From Flavobacteriales bacterium (GTDB taxonomy: Bacteria; Bacteroidota; Bacteroidia; Flavobacteriales; UBA7312), in contig JAQWJZ010000027.1 of NCBI GenBank assembly GCA_029248105.1, forward strand, positions 6,724-70,723: a DNA stretch of 64,000 nt. The letters run 5' to 3'. Of this stretch, positions 1-10,969 are shown piece by piece. A program made the translations under genes and the position numbers. The notes below the pieces were generated by a model. It ran no database searches, had not been told where the DNA came from, and saw nothing but the letters and a program-made list of their open reading frames with translations. How positions within the stretch are numbered: the stretch's first letter is position 1; each line of letters begins with the position of its first letter.

Positions 1-301
1 TAAATTTGGATTTTAACCATACGAATAAAAAAATCACACATGCCATAAGAAAGCTATTTACCAAAATTGCTGCTACAGCGCCGAACAAACTAGCGTTGTA
101 AATCCAATAAGTAGTGAATACATTCCATATAACGAACACAAAAAAAGAATAGGTGAAAGCACTTCTTTTTTTACTCAATCCCTCTAAGACAAAAAACAGG
201 GGTACAAATGCCCCAAAAATAAGAAATGGGAAGCCAGACGGCGGCCATGAAATCACCAATAGAAAGGCTGAAATAAGGCAAAGTAGTAGTTTACGAAACA
301 T
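1..301 (-). CDS. lnt: apolipoprotein N-acyltransferase, N-terminal fragment (runs off the window edge)
   Basis: The minus-strand frame is open from the ATG (complement of 299-301) to position 1. It is absent from the ORF track because the window truncates it. The translation MFRKLLLCLISAFLLVISWPPSGFPFLIFGAFVPLFFVLEGL...TTYWIYNASLFGAVAAILVN looks like the N-terminal TM segment of Bacteroidota Lnt. The catalytic CN-hydrolase domain is not visible. Confidence 0.5.
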   Translation of the reverse strand, partial: MFRKLLLCLISAFLLVISWPPSGFPFLIFGAFVPLFFVLEGLSKKRSAFTYSFFVFVIWNVFTTYWIYNASLFGAVAAILVNSFLMACVIFLFVWLKSKF

Positions 302-335
302 CTTTTGTATTATTGCAAAGCAAATATCGTATTTC

Positions 336-1073
336 TTGAGCATATTTAAACACATACCCAATCTTATTACTTTAGGAAATTTATCTTTTGGTATAATAGC
401 CATACTTTTTGCTTTTGGCGGAAATCTAGATTTGGCTTCAGGCTGTATCATTCTAGGCGCATTTCTCGATTTTTTTGATGGCTTTTTTGCACGTTTACTA
501 AAAGTAAATGGCAATTTAGGAAAACAACTAGATAGTTTAGCTGATTTAACTTCTTTTGGACTAGCACCTTCTGTTATTGTTTTTCAACTGTTATTTTTTG
601 GGGAAACAGAAAAATACTTTAGTCCTTCATCGCAGAATCTTGACGACTATACGAGTCATTTCATACCGTACATAGCCTTTTTAATTCCTTTATTCTCTGC
701 ATATCGATTAGCAAAATTCAATATTGACGACAGACAAACTGACTCGTTCATTGGCTTACCTACACCAGCAAACGCTTTGTTTTTCATTTCAATTCCTTTC
801 ATTTTAGAATATCAACAAGACGGATTCATCTCCAATTTCATTTGTAAAAAAGAAACGATTGTTATTAGTGTATTAGTTTTATGTCTTCTAATGGTTTCAG
901 AGTTAAAATTAATAGCGCTAAAATTTAAATCCATAAAATGGTCAGAAAATAAGTACAGATATATACTAATTGTATTGAGTGTAATATTATTATTGCTTTT
1001 ACGCTTTGAAGCTGTTCCAATTATTTTAATTTTGTACATAGTTTTATCGATTATTAATAAGTACAGCAAATGA
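336..1073 (+). CDS. pssA: CDP-diacylglycerol--serine O-phosphatidyltransferase (CDP-alcohol phosphatidyltransferase family)
   Basis: It carries the CDP-alcohol phosphatidyltransferase motif DFFDGFFAR(x8)G(x3)DSLAD. The N-terminus (M)SIFKHIPNLITLGNL is typical if the in-frame TTG at 336 is the start. The track start at 153 (GTG) would overlap the divergent lnt gene, so I reject it. Confidence 0.8.
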   Translation: MSIFKHIPNLITLGNLSFGIIAILFAFGGNLDLASGCIILGAFLDFFDGFFARLLKVNGNLGKQLDSLADLTSFGLAPSVIVFQLLFFGETEKYFSPSSQNLDDYTSHFIPYIAFLIPLFSAYRLAKFNIDDRQTDSFIGLPTPANALFFISIPFILEYQQDGFISNFICKKETIVISVLVLCLLMVSELKLIALKFKSIKWSENKYRYILIVLSVILLLLLRFEAVPIILILYIVLSIINKYSK

Positions 1074-1321
1074 GATTTATAGCAGAGATCGACATTATGC
1101 CATTAAAGGCACTTTTAGACCCACAAGGCAAAGCAGTAAGCGGAAGCATGAAAAACGTTGGTCTCCCAGAAATAACTAATGTTAGAATCGGTAAGCACAT
1201 TACATTACAAGTAGAGGCTGAAAATGAAGCTGAAGCTACTAAAAAGGTAGATAAAGCGTGTTCGGAAATGTTATGTAATCAAATTATGGAAGGCTATGAG
1301 TTTAAAATTTCAGCAGCCTAA
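1070..1321 (+). CDS. purS: phosphoribosylformylglycinamidine synthase subunit PurS
   Basis: An 83-aa protein with the PurS-like pattern ...DPQGKAV...LG...V..VRIGK.I.L.... It has an ATGA overlap with the pssA stop. Confidence 0.8.
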   Translation: MRFIAEIDIMPLKALLDPQGKAVSGSMKNVGLPEITNVRIGKHITLQVEAENEAEATKKVDKACSEMLCNQIMEGYEFKISAA

Positions 1322-1323
1322 AA

Positions 1324-2049
1324 TTATTTCCTAAGCTCAAAATTCTGTCCTAAGTATACTTTTCTTACTTGTTCATCGGAAGCTAATTCCTCCGCTGTTC
1401 CAGATTTTAAAATTTTACCTTCAAAAAGTAGATAAGCTCTATCCGTAATTGATAGTGTTTCATGTACGTTGTGGTCAGTAATAAGAATACCGATATTTCT
1501 ATCTTTCAATTTAGACACTATCAGCTGAATATCTTCTACAGCAATAGGGTCTACTCCAGCAAAAGGCTCATCAAGCAAAATAAACTTAGGATCGGTTGCT
1601 AAACAACGTGCAATCTCTGTTCTTCTTCTTTCTCCACCAGAAAGTAAATCCCCTTGATTTTTACGAATGTGCTGTAATCCAAACTCATCAAGCAAAGAAT
1701 CCAACTTTTCATATTGCTCTTTTTTAGACATGTCTGTCATTTCCAAAACGGCAAGAATATTATCCTCTACTGATAATTTTCTAAATACGGATGCTTCTTG
1801 AGCCAAATAACCTATTCCCATTTGGGCACGTCGATACATGGGTTGATCTGTGACATCATCATTATCAAGAAAAACATGACCTTCATTAGGTTTAACTAAG
1901 CCTACCATCATATAAAAAGATGTGGTTTTGCCTGCGCCATTGGGACCCAACAAGCCTACAATCTCGCCTTGTTTAACCTCTAAGGAAATACCGTCAACTA
2001 CCCTTCTTTTGCGGTAGGTTTTAACTATGTTTTTGGCTACTATCTTCAT
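1324..2049 (-). CDS. lptB: LPS export ABC transporter ATP-binding protein LptB
   Basis: Walker [13 protein letters not shown] signature LSGGERRR, Walker B ILLDEP. At 241 aa it has the LptB C-terminal extension, and it sits in a kdsD-tatC-lptB context. Confidence 0.9.
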   Translation of the reverse strand: MKIVAKNIVKTYRKRRVVDGISLEVKQGEIVGLLGPNGAGKTTSFYMMVGLVKPNEGHVFLDNDDVTDQPMYRRAQMGIGYLAQEASVFRKLSVEDNILAVLEMTDMSKKEQYEKLDSLLDEFGLQHIRKNQGDLLSGGERRRTEIARCLATDPKFILLDEPFAGVDPIAVEDIQLIVSKLKDRNIGILITDHNVHETLSITDRAYLLFEGKILKSGTAEELASDEQVRKVYLGQNFELRK

Positions 2050-2855
2050 TCTTTATCTTGAAATTTAGCTGAAACCTTTATGCTAATCTCGTACAATAAC
2101 ATTAATGGAAATGTTACTAGAATTAGACTCATAATATCGGGTGGCGTAATTATTGCAGCTAAAATCATTAATACAACTAATGCGTGCCTTCTATATTGCC
2201 TCAAAAAAGCAGGAGTTATCAACCCTAGCTTACTCAGAAAATAAATCAGAACAGGTAATAGAAAAACTATTCCGTTTGCTAGACAAACTGTTGTGACAGT
2301 CGAAATGTAAGAGTTAAGATTAATTTGATTAGCAACCTGAGAACTTACTTGATAGTTTCCTAAAAACTGAACAGACAAGGGTGCTACTGCATAATACCCA
2401 AACAAAACGCCTATTGTAAATAACAAAGATGTATAAAAGACTACTCCTCTAGAATATTTTTTTTCAGTGGAATGAAGTGCAGGCTTAACAAAACGCCAAA
2501 TCTCCCAAAAAACATAGGGAAAGGCAATTACAAAACCAGCAATTACAGAGGATATAATATGTGTGCTAAACTGCCCAGACATATTGATGTTCATCAACTC
2601 AAATGGCATTTCATCTATACATAGAGCTTCACCGAAATGAAGCGTTTCTGACATCCAACAAAAAAACTGATACGTAGCAAAGCTAGGGTCTTTAGCCGCA
2701 AAAATTATTTTATCAAAAAGTATACCAGGAAAGATAAATGCTAAAACTGTAAATAAGAGGACTGCAACTGCGCTTCTAATTAGATGCCAACGTAATACCT
2801 CTAAATGGTCTAAAAAAGACTGTTCTTGTTTTTCTTCACCTATTTCTTTCATCAA
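2046..2855 (-). CDS. tatC: twin-arginine translocase subunit TatC
   Basis: The N-terminus [16 protein letters not shown] and a six-TM profile are typical of TatC. It has 4-nt overlaps with both neighbours. Confidence 0.9.
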   Translation of the reverse strand: MMKEIGEEKQEQSFLDHLEVLRWHLIRSAVAVLLFTVLAFIFPGILFDKIIFAAKDPSFATYQFFCWMSETLHFGEALCIDEMPFELMNINMSGQFSTHIISSVIAGFVIAFPYVFWEIWRFVKPALHSTEKKYSRGVVFYTSLLFTIGVLFGYYAVAPLSVQFLGNYQVSSQVANQINLNSYISTVTTVCLANGIVFLLPVLIYFLSKLGLITPAFLRQYRRHALVVLMILAAIITPPDIMSLILVTFPLMLLYEISIKVSAKFQDKE

Positions 2856-3817
2856 ACTAATCCTTCTTTTAAAATATCGTGAATATGAACAATCCCAAAG
2901 TAATTAGATTCTTTTAGAACAATTATTTGAGATATATTATTTTGCTCCATAATCTTGAGAGAGGAAGTTGCCAATTCATCATAGCTAACCGTTTTAGGAT
3001 TAGTATTCATAATATCAACAGCCTTCACCTTACTCCAATCAGCCTCACTTTCCAACATTCTCCTGATATCTCCATCAGTTATAATTCCTAGCAACTTATT
3101 TTTATCGATTACGGCTGTAGCTCCTTGTCGTTTGTTAGATATTTCAACTATTACTTCATTAATAGTCGACGAAGGTAGAACTTGCGGTGACAAATCTTGG
3201 GAACATAAATCTCCAGCTTTTAAAAACAAACGCTTACCTAAAGTTCCACCGGGGTGATATCGAGCAAAATCTGCATCTGAAAAGTCACGACATTCTAACA
3301 AACAAATTGCAAGAGCATCACCCATCACTAATTGAGCAGTAGTACTTGTTGTAGGAGCTAAATTATTGGGGCATGCTTCTTTCTCTACACTTGTTTTAAT
3401 TGTCCAATTAGCCTGCTCTGACAAATACGAATCCGAATTAGCTGTCATTGCAATTAGTTTATTATTCATTTTCTTGATTAGAGGAACGAGAACCTTAATC
3501 TCATCTGTATTCCCACTTTTTGAAATACAAAGCACAATATCGTTAGGTTGAACATTACCTAAGTCCCCATGAATAGCGTCACCAGCATGCATAAAAACAG
3601 CAGGTTGACCCGTAGAATTAAATGTAGAAACTATCTTTTGAGCAATATTAGCACTCTTACCAATACCGCTTACAATTAATCTCCCCTTAGACTCAAGAAT
3701 TGCATTTACTATTTCAGAGAACGTATCATCTATATATTCTTTTAAATGAAGGATTGATTGCCCCTCTAAAGATATAGTTGATATTGCTATTGATTTTATT
3801 TCGCTAATTGATTTCAA
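2852..3817 (-). CDS. kdsD: arabinose-5-phosphate isomerase (KpsF/GutQ family; SIS + tandem CBS)
   Basis: SIS motif VSGIGKSANIAQKI..TF.STG, followed by two C-terminal CBS repeats. Length is 321 aa. Confidence 0.9.
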   Translation of the reverse strand: MKSISEIKSIAISTISLEGQSILHLKEYIDDTFSEIVNAILESKGRLIVSGIGKSANIAQKIVSTFNSTGQPAVFMHAGDAIHGDLGNVQPNDIVLCISKSGNTDEIKVLVPLIKKMNNKLIAMTANSDSYLSEQANWTIKTSVEKEACPNNLAPTTSTTAQLVMGDALAICLLECRDFSDADFARYHPGGTLGKRLFLKAGDLCSQDLSPQVLPSSTINEVIVEISNKRQGATAVIDKNKLLGIITDGDIRRMLESEADWSKVKAVDIMNTNPKTVSYDELATSSLKIMEQNNISQIIVLKESNYFGIVHIHDILKEGLV

Positions 3818-3908
3818 TAAACTAATTTTGATTAACTAAATAAATTTTTCTAAATTTATAAAGAATAATTTGACACAAAAGTATCAAATTTTAGCTTGAT
3901 TATATTAA

Positions 3909-6098
3909 ATGAATTTACATACTACATCTCTTACAGACGAACTCCAAAAGTATTTTGGGTTTAATCGTTTTAAAAGCCAACAAGAAACTATCATTAAAAA
4001 CACTTTAGATGGTAATGATGCATTTGTAATCATGCCTACTGGTGGTGGCAAATCTATGTGCTACCAGCTCCCGGCTCTTGTTAGTGAAGGGTGTGCAATC
4101 GTTGTTTCCCCATTAATTGCATTGATGAAAAATCAAGTAGATGCAATAAGAGGGTTTAACGATAATGATGCTATTGCTCATGTATTAAATTCATCGCTTT
4201 CAAAAAGAGATATTATTCAAGTCAAAGAAGATGTTGAGTCAGGGAAAACCAAATTACTTTATGTTGCTCCTGAGTCTTTAACCAAAGAAGAATACATCGA
4301 GTTTTTAAGAAGTAAAAAAATATCTTTTTATGCCATTGACGAGGCACATTGTATTTCTGAATGGGGGCATGATTTTAGGCCAGAGTACAGAAACCTAAGA
4401 CGAATAATTGAAAATATTGGTAGAGCTCCAATAATTGCACTTACCGCAACCGCAACAACGAAAGTTAGAGAAGACATTCAGAAAAACTTAGGGATAAGCG
4501 ATTGTCCTGTTTTCTTTGATTCTTTCAATAGAGATAATTTATACTATGACATCAGACCAAAAATTGATGTTGAAAAAGAAATCATCAAATTCATTAAGCA
4601 AAATGAAGGAAAATCAGGTATTGTTTATTGTCTAAGCAGAAAGAAAGTAGAAGAAATTGCCGAAACCTTACAAGTTAATGGTATCAACGCATTACCATAC
4701 CACGCAGGTTTAGAAAATAAAACAAGAGTCAAACACCAGGATGCTTTCCTCATGGAAGACGTAGATGTTATTGTTGCTACTATAGCCTTTGGAATGGGCA
4801 TTGACAAACCAGACATCAGGTATGTTATTCATCATGACATTCCAAAAAGTTTAGAAAGTTATTATCAAGAAACTGGAAGAGCAGGGCGTGATGGTGGTGA
4901 AGGCAACTGCGTTACTTTTTACAGCTATCAAGATATTGAAAAATTAGAGAAGTTTTTACAAGGAAAACCTGTCGCAGAGCAAGAAATAGGAAGGCAACTC
5001 ATTCTTGAAACCATTTCTTTTGCCGAAACCTCCATGTGTAGGAGAAAATACATTCTGCATTACTTTGGCGAAACTTTTGATGATGCTAACTGCAATGAAA
5101 TGTGCGACAATTGCCGCCATCCTAAACCTAAATTTAATGGTGAAGAATATATTGTTAGACTTCTAAATTCAGTGAAGGCCGTAAGCGAACGACTAAAGGC
5201 TAAAGAAGCAGTTAAAGTAATCGTTGGCGAAAGTAATGCTTTGATAAAACAACATAAATCCGAAGCTTTAGACGTTTACGGAGAGGGTAAAGATAAATCC
5301 AAAGGTTTTTGGCATGCCGTAATTCGTCAATCTCTGGTAAAAGGTTTTTTAAGAAAAGAAATTGAAAGTTATGGCATTCTTAAGCTAACAGAACAAGGGT
5401 TAGAATATCTTGAAAAATCATATGAAATTCTTCTAACAGAAGACCATGATTACGATGCTATAAATGCTAAAAATGCAGCCAACAGTTTCCAAAAGGGCGC
5501 TGCTGTTGACAAGCTTTTATTTTCTAACCTTAAAGAATTGAGAAAAAAATTCGCTAAAGAAAAAGGGTTGCCACCAAATATTATTTTTTCTGAAGCATCA
5601 CTAATTGATATGGCAAATCAATTCCCAATAAGCTCTGAAGAGTTAGCCCAAATTCATGGGGTGGGACAAGGAAAAGCACGAAAGTTCGGAGAACCTTTTT
5701 TAAAATATATAAAACAGTATGTTGAGGATAACAATATTGTTAGACCTGAAGATATGGTCGTGAAAACGGTAGCAAAGCAATCCAGCAACAAAGTCTATAT
5801 TATTCAGAGTATTGACAGAAAACTGTCTATTGACGATATTGCATCAGCCAAAGGACTGACTGTTGAAGATTTAATCACAGAAATAGAAACTATCGTTGAG
5901 TCAGGAACAAAAATTAACCTCAACTATTACCTTGATGAAATTATTGACGAATATCAAGAAGAAGAGCTAATGGATTTCTTTACAAACTCTGAAGAAGCCA
6001 CTTTTAACGAAGCAAGAGGAGAGTTTGAAGAAGATGAATACACTGACGAAGAATTAAGACTTTACAGGATAAAGTTTATTTCTGACGTAGCTAACTAA
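3909..6098 (+). CDS. recQ: ATP-dependent DNA helicase RecQ
   Basis: Helicase motifs MPTGGGKSMCYQLPA, DEAHCISEWGHDFRPEY and QETGRAGRDG. It also has a Zn-binding Cys cluster (CRR...CDNC) and an HRDC-like C-terminal region. Confidence 0.95.
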   Translation: MNLHTTSLTDELQKYFGFNRFKSQQETIIKNTLDGNDAFVIMPTGGGKSMCYQLPALVSEGCAIVVSPLIALMKNQVDAIRGFNDNDAIAHVLNSSLSKRDIIQVKEDVESGKTKLLYVAPESLTKEEYIEFLRSKKISFYAIDEAHCISEWGHDFRPEYRNLRRIIENIGRAPIIALTATATTKVREDIQKNLGISDCPVFFDSFNRDNLYYDIRPKIDVEKEIIKFIKQNEGKSGIVYCLSRKKVEEIAETLQVNGINALPYHAGLENKTRVKHQDAFLMEDVDVIVATIAFGMGIDKPDIRYVIHHDIPKSLESYYQETGRAGRDGGEGNCVTFYSYQDIEKLEKFLQGKPVAEQEIGRQLILETISFAETSMCRRKYILHYFGETFDDANCNEMCDNCRHPKPKFNGEEYIVRLLNSVKAVSERLKAKEAVKVIVGESNALIKQHKSEALDVYGEGKDKSKGFWHAVIRQSLVKGFLRKEIESYGILKLTEQGLEYLEKSYEILLTEDHDYDAINAKNAANSFQKGAAVDKLLFSNLKELRKKFAKEKGLPPNIIFSEASLIDMANQFPISSEELAQIHGVGQGKARKFGEPFLKYIKQYVEDNNIVRPEDMVVKTVAKQSSNKVYIIQSIDRKLSIDDIASAKGLTVEDLITEIETIVESGTKINLNYYLDEIIDEYQEEELMDFFTNSEEATFNEARGEFEEDEYTDEELRLYRIKFISDVAN

Positions 6099-7270
6099 CT
6101 GTTTATAGCCAGCCAACTCATCAAGCCAATACTATTTTTCAAAGCCGACTCATCAATATTAAAATAGGCATTATGCAAATGCTTTCTTTCCTGGTTTTTT
6201 ATCCCTACACCCAAACGATAAAAACAAGCCGGAACGTGGTGTGAATAGTAAGAAAAATCTTCGGCAGTCATACGCTTAGGAATTTCAATAACACATTCTG
6301 TACTCATGTATTTTCTAGCATTATTAAAACAATCCTTAGTAAAATGCTCATCATTTTTCAAGTATGGATAACCAATTCGAATATCAATATTACACTTACC
6401 GCCCATTTCTTGAGCAGTACTAAGGCATATATCTCTAATTATTTGATGTGCTTCCTCACGCCATTGTTCATTCATAGCACGAAAGGTTCCTTCTAAACTA
6501 ACTTTTTCAGGAATTATGTTTCCTGCCGCTCCTCCTTTAATAACTCCCAAAGAAAATACCGAAGGCGTGTCTTTAACATTATTAAATCTTTCATATAATG
6601 CTGTTATGATTTTGCTTGATACAACCAAAGGATTAACCCTACCCTCAGGAAGTGCTGCATGCCCTCCTATTCCTAATACATCTATATATATTTCATCAGC
6701 AGATGCCATAAACATTCCGCTACGCATTCCAATAATACCACTATCTAATTCAGGCGATACATGCTGACCAATAATTTTATCCACTTTGGGGTTTTCTAAA
6801 ACACCTTCAGCAATCATTAAAGAAGCTCCGCCCGGTAATTTTTCCTCACCAGGCTGAAAAATCAACTTAACACTACCCTCCCAATCATCTTTCAATTCAT
6901 TAAGAATACGTGCCACGCCCAATAGTGACGCTGTATGCACATCATGACCACAAGCGTGCATAACTCCATTATTTTTGGAAGCGTAGCTCAATTCATTTAA
7001 TTCTTGAATAGGCAAAGCATCTATATCTGCACGTAAGGCTATGCATTTTTTATCTGAGTTTTTTCCCTTGATTAAAGCTACTACTCCTGTTTCAACAATA
7101 CCCGATTTAAAACTAATCCCATAATCAGTTAGTTTTTGTTGAATGTATTCGGATGTTTTATATTCTTTGAAAGATAACTCAGGGTATCTATGTAAATGCT
7201 GCCTTAGGGCAATAGTATCATCAAGATATTTCTCGGCTAAACTGTGTATTTTTTCTTTTAGAGAACTCAT
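6095..7270 (-). CDS. M20 family amidohydrolase (N-acyl-amino-acid amidohydrolase-like)
   Basis: M20D pattern LRADIDALP...HACGHD...QPGEE. Length is 391 aa. Confidence 0.85.
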   Translation of the reverse strand: MSSLKEKIHSLAEKYLDDTIALRQHLHRYPELSFKEYKTSEYIQQKLTDYGISFKSGIVETGVVALIKGKNSDKKCIALRADIDALPIQELNELSYASKNNGVMHACGHDVHTASLLGVARILNELKDDWEGSVKLIFQPGEEKLPGGASLMIAEGVLENPKVDKIIGQHVSPELDSGIIGMRSGMFMASADEIYIDVLGIGGHAALPEGRVNPLVVSSKIITALYERFNNVKDTPSVFSLGVIKGGAAGNIIPEKVSLEGTFRAMNEQWREEAHQIIRDICLSTAQEMGGKCNIDIRIGYPYLKNDEHFTKDCFNNARKYMSTECVIEIPKRMTAEDFSYYSHHVPACFYRLGVGIKNQERKHLHNAYFNIDESALKNSIGLMSWLAINS

Positions 7271-7635
7271 TTGCCAAAGATTAGTTTCACGCCTCCGATA
7301 AGCAAAAGTATGCCAAAGACTTTTTTAAGTGTTTTAGCATCAATATTTACTGCCCATTTTGAGCTCAAATATCCACCAACTATAAAAGCTGCTGAAATGA
7401 TTAAAGCATATTTCCAATCTACAAAACCAGCTTTGTGATAATTCCAGGCTGCTAATATTCCTATTGGAGGAAGCATTACTGCAAGACTAGTTCCCTGTGC
7501 TTGATGCTGCGTCAAGCCCAACAAAATCATAAGTAAAGGAATAATAATTATACCGCCACCTACCCCAATAAAACCACTAAGCAATCCTGCAGCAAGTCCT
7601 ATAAGTATTAAAAAAAGTAAAGTAATTATAGACAT
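7267..7635 (-). CDS. half-size TauE/SafE-family membrane protein
   Basis: A 122-aa, 4-TM protein with the TauE/SafE-type sequence GFIGVGGGIIIIPLLM..LG....A.GTS. Confidence 0.7.
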   Translation of the reverse strand: MSIITLLFLILIGLAAGLLSGFIGVGGGIIIIPLLMILLGLTQHQAQGTSLAVMLPPIGILAAWNYHKAGFVDWKYALIISAAFIVGGYLSSKWAVNIDAKTLKKVFGILLLIGGVKLIFGK

Positions 7636-7682
7636 ATTATAAATTCCTTGCTAAGATATATAATTCAAAATATCTTTGCCTT

Positions 7683-8324
7683 ATGATACAAATACAATCT
7701 TTCATCTTTAACGGCTTTCAAGAAAACACCTATTTATTATTTGACGAAACTAAAGAATGTATAATCATAGATCCTGGTTGCTATGATGAGCAGGAGCAAA
7801 AAACTTTAGAAAAATTTATTGCAGAAAATGAACTTAAGCCTGTTCAGCTTATCAATACCCACTGCCATATAGACCATGTTTTAGGAAATAATTTTGTAGC
7901 TCATAAATGGAATTTGGATTTGGCTATGCACGAATTAGATTTGCCCACGCTCCATTCTGTAAAAGATTACTGTACAGTCTATGGTTTTCACAATTATGAA
8001 GAAAGCCCTCAGCCCACACGATTTTTAGAGGAAGGTGGACAAATAAAATTTGGAAAAAGCACATTAGACATTCTATTTACTCCAGGACACGCACCGGGAC
8101 ATATCGTATTGCACAGCTCCAAACAGCACTTTGTTATTGGCGGCGATGTGTTGTTTCAAATGAGTATTGGAAGAACTGATTTGCCAGGTGGTGATTTCGA
8201 CACACTCATTACAAGTATAAAAGAAAAATTATTTTCACTAGATGATGAAACCACCGTTTATTGTGGTCATGGCCCTAGTACAAATATCGGCTTCGAAAAA
8301 GCCAATAACCCGTTCTTGAAATGA
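7683..8324 (+). CDS. MBL-fold metallo-hydrolase (glyoxalase II-like)
   Basis: Metal-binding motif THCHIDHV, then later GHAPGH and CGHG. Length is 213 aa. Confidence 0.85.
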   Translation: MIQIQSFIFNGFQENTYLLFDETKECIIIDPGCYDEQEQKTLEKFIAENELKPVQLINTHCHIDHVLGNNFVAHKWNLDLAMHELDLPTLHSVKDYCTVYGFHNYEESPQPTRFLEEGGQIKFGKSTLDILFTPGHAPGHIVLHSSKQHFVIGGDVLFQMSIGRTDLPGGDFDTLITSIKEKLFSLDDETTVYCGHGPSTNIGFEKANNPFLK

Positions 8325-8417
8325 CCACTTATATTTGAACAACAAAAAACAATTTTCAATAATGACAGATGGCTTGTCCAAAAAACAAAAGAATATAATT
8401 ATTGAAGGGCTAAAAAA

Positions 8418-9635
8418 TCATTCCACTCTCCTTTCATAATCCAATATAAGTAGATAATAGGTAAACACTCCAAATGCATACAGAGCTGCTGTGATATAAA
8501 AAATATAAGCGTAGGGCATATCCATACTTTTTAAAAATCTAAATATTTGAGAACTGAAATACCAACTGCCACTCCAAATTGCAGCAGTAACCGCAGACAA
8601 TATTTCTTGGTTCTCTTTACCCACATAATTCATAGTTAATTCAGAGGTCATAGGCGCAGCCATATTCATTAAGGGTGTGCGAACCCAAAAGCATAAAATC
8701 GCTAGTGGCAGAGCCCACCAATATTCCACAAAAAATTCAGTTGTCGCTAAGGCTACCAAAGCTAAGACAGCAATTGACTGAGTTAGAGTAATCCCTTTTT
8801 TAAAGCCTAATTTATCTTTGACTTTAGGAACTAACAAAGCCATAAAAGCGACAAGTAAACTAGCCCCACCACCTATGAGTGCAAACTCTGATGAATCCAC
8901 ACCAAAGTCGTGATAGAAAAATAGATTGATGAAAGGAATAGTCAGTCCTGCCCCAATAGAAATAATAACTGTTGGTACTATTGCTTTGGTCAACAAATTC
9001 CAGTTGTACGACCTCCATTGAATGCCTTTCTTTTCCGCCACCACATCATCTGTCTTTAATTGGAATAAGAAAAACACCCCGACCACACCAATTAATGAGA
9101 TGAACAGAAGGATTGTGCCTTCATCAATATTCTTCATTAATCGACTTAAAACAAAAATGATAATACTACAACTAATAGTTCCAAAACTATGTGTTGCATA
9201 ATTCAAGGATATAGCATGTGATTGATTTTCTTTTGATGTGTTTCTCATGATATAAGGCAACGTACTGACTTGAAAACAGGTAAACACTACACCCCAAAAA
9301 ATAAACATAAAGGGCAATAGTGTAAACAACTGGTTGCGAATGGCTAATATCATACCAATGGCAACCAGTGGCACTCCTAAACTACCTAGCATAAAGAAAG
9401 GCTTTAACCGCTTTCCTTTTATATAAAATCCTAAAGGAAAAGCTAATACCATTACTGCTAAAAAGCGGTAGGATATGAAATTTGCTATCTCAGGATCGCT
9501 AAAGCCCTCTTTGGCTAAATAAATATTGAGAATAAGAAAAAAGGCAGATCCAATTAGCTGGATAAAAAACTCTGCTTTTATCATCAGCAAGACGTGCTTT
9601 TCTAGCTGTATATACGATTTTAAAATATTCCTCAA
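8418..9635 (-). CDS. MFS transporter
   Basis: A ~12-TM hydrophobic profile over 405 aa. The track start at 9635 is TTG and overlaps the kmo stop by 4 nt. The alternative ATG start is at 9584. Confidence 0.75.
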   Translation of the reverse strand: MRNILKSYIQLEKHVLLMIKAEFFIQLIGSAFFLILNIYLAKEGFSDPEIANFISYRFLAVMVLAFPLGFYIKGKRLKPFFMLGSLGVPLVAIGMILAIRNQLFTLLPFMFIFWGVVFTCFQVSTLPYIMRNTSKENQSHAISLNYATHSFGTISCSIIIFVLSRLMKNIDEGTILLFISLIGVVGVFFLFQLKTDDVVAEKKGIQWRSYNWNLLTKAIVPTVIISIGAGLTIPFINLFFYHDFGVDSSEFALIGGGASLLVAFMALLVPKVKDKLGFKKGITLTQSIAVLALVALATTEFFVEYWWALPLAILCFWVRTPLMNMAAPMTSELTMNYVGKENQEILSAVTAAIWSGSWYFSSQIFRFLKSMDMPYAYIFYITAALYAFGVFTYYLLILDYERRVE

Positions 9636-10969
9636 GCTATTAAACTAAGCATCAACTGTTCCACCTCTTCACTATCCCACATACTTTCAATGTTCGGAAC
9701 TTTCATAACCTCTTGCATCAGCTGCTCTTGTTGTTGACCTATTTTCCATGCTTCAGAATAGCGAATATTACTGAAGGATACCATCGAGTACAAAGGCAAC
9801 CACTTGTCAGGATATTTTTTAGAAAAGTGTAATTCTATTTTTTTCTGAAGTAAAAAATTGGGGTCAGCTGTTTTGTCACGCATAACAATAAAGTTGTGCA
9901 TGGATAAATCTTGCACTCCATCGCCATCAGGTTTTCTTATTTCAGAATATTCTTTAAAACAAGACTTCCAATCATCGCCATGTTTTTCCATAAGTTGATC
10001 CAACACAAAACAACCTTCAAAACCTGCATTCATACCTTGTCCATAAAAAGGAACAGTAGCATGAGCAGCATCGCCGATTAGCAGCACCTTATCTTCCACC
10101 ACCCAAGGATCACATCGCATAATAGCTAATGATGAAGTTGGGTTTTGAAAATACTCCTCTACTAGATTTGGAATTAAATCTAAAGTGTCTGGAAAAACTT
10201 CTTTGAAAAAGTCAAATACTTGTTTTTCGGTTTTTAAATTATTAAAGGAGTACTCGCCTTCAAAAGGAAAAAATAAAGTGCAGGTAAAACTTCCATCCAT
10301 ATTTGGCAATGCAATTAGCATATAACTTCCTCGAGGCCATATGTGTAATGCGTTAACTTCAAGCTGATGTGTTCCATCTGAGTTGGCAGGTATTGACAAC
10401 TCTTTATAACCATGCTCGATATAATTCTGCGAGTACTGAAACCTATCTTGTTTCATCATTTTAGAGCGAATAACAGAATATGCTCCGTCTGCTCCAATAA
10501 TCATATCAGCATCTATGACTTTCTGTTGGCCGTCTTTATGCTCAAAAGTTGCCGATGCTGTTGTTAAATCTACATCACTGCATTTGTAGTTGAAATGCAT
10601 ATTTACATTATCTTGTTCTCCTGCTAAATTCATTAGCAATTGATTAAGCCCACCACGAGAAACCGAATAAATAGCTTCACCATCTTGACCATACTGTTGG
10701 TCAGTAAGCGTACCATCAATAGCATGCATCACTCTTTTGTACATTGGTATAGCCATCTTCTCAACTTCTTTATCCACTCCAACTGCTTTGAGAGCATTCC
10801 AACCTCTTGCAGATAATGCCAAATTTATTGAACGACCTGCTGACAGTTCAACCTTTCTCATATCTGGTCTTCTTTCAAATACTTCAACTTGAAAACCTCT
10901 TTTTGATAAATAGATAGCCTCTAAAGACCCAACTAATCCGGCTCCTGCAATAGTTACTTTTTTTCTCAT
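9632..10969 (-). CDS. kmo: kynurenine 3-monooxygenase (FAD-dependent)
   Basis: N-terminal FAD fold [32 protein letters not shown] and [14 protein letters not shown], as in KMO. It lies directly downstream of kynureninase. Confidence 0.85.
   Translation of the reverse strand: MRKKVTIAGAGLVGSLEAIYLSKRGFQVEVFERRPDMRKVELSAGRSINLALSARGWNALKAVGVDKEVEKMAIPMYKRVMHAIDGTLTDQQYGQDGEAIYSVSRGGLNQLLMNLAGEQDNVNMHFNYKCSDVDLTTASATFEHKDGQQKVIDADMIIGADGAYSVIRSKMMKQDRFQYSQNYIEHGYKELSIPANSDGTHQLEVNALHIWPRGSYMLIALPNMDGSFTCTLFFPFEGEYSFNNLKTEKQVFDFFKEVFPDTLDLIPNLVEEYFQNPTSSLAIMRCDPWVVEDKVLLIGDAAHATVPFYGQGMNAGFEGCFVLDQLMEKHGDDWKSCFKEYSEIRKPDGDGVQDLSMHNFIVMRDKTADPNFLLQKKIELHFSKKYPDKWLPLYSMVSFSNIRYSEAWKIGQQQEQLMQEVMKVPNIESMWDSEEVEQLMLSLIA

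Noticed and set aside
153-335. N-terminal 61-codon extension of the pssA ORF (track start GTG 153).
   Set aside because: It overlaps the clearly coding, divergent lnt fragment (1..301, minus strand). Its sequence (MKALLFLLNPSKTKNRGTNAPK...) is low-complexity shadow translation. The family-typical N-terminus begins at the TTG at 336.
8358-8436. Short ORF (MTDGLSKKQKNIIIEGLKNHSTLLS) in the MBL-MFS convergent gap.
   Set aside because: It is 25 codons, runs into the 3' end of the MFS gene and has no promoter box or recognisable features. It is probably noise.
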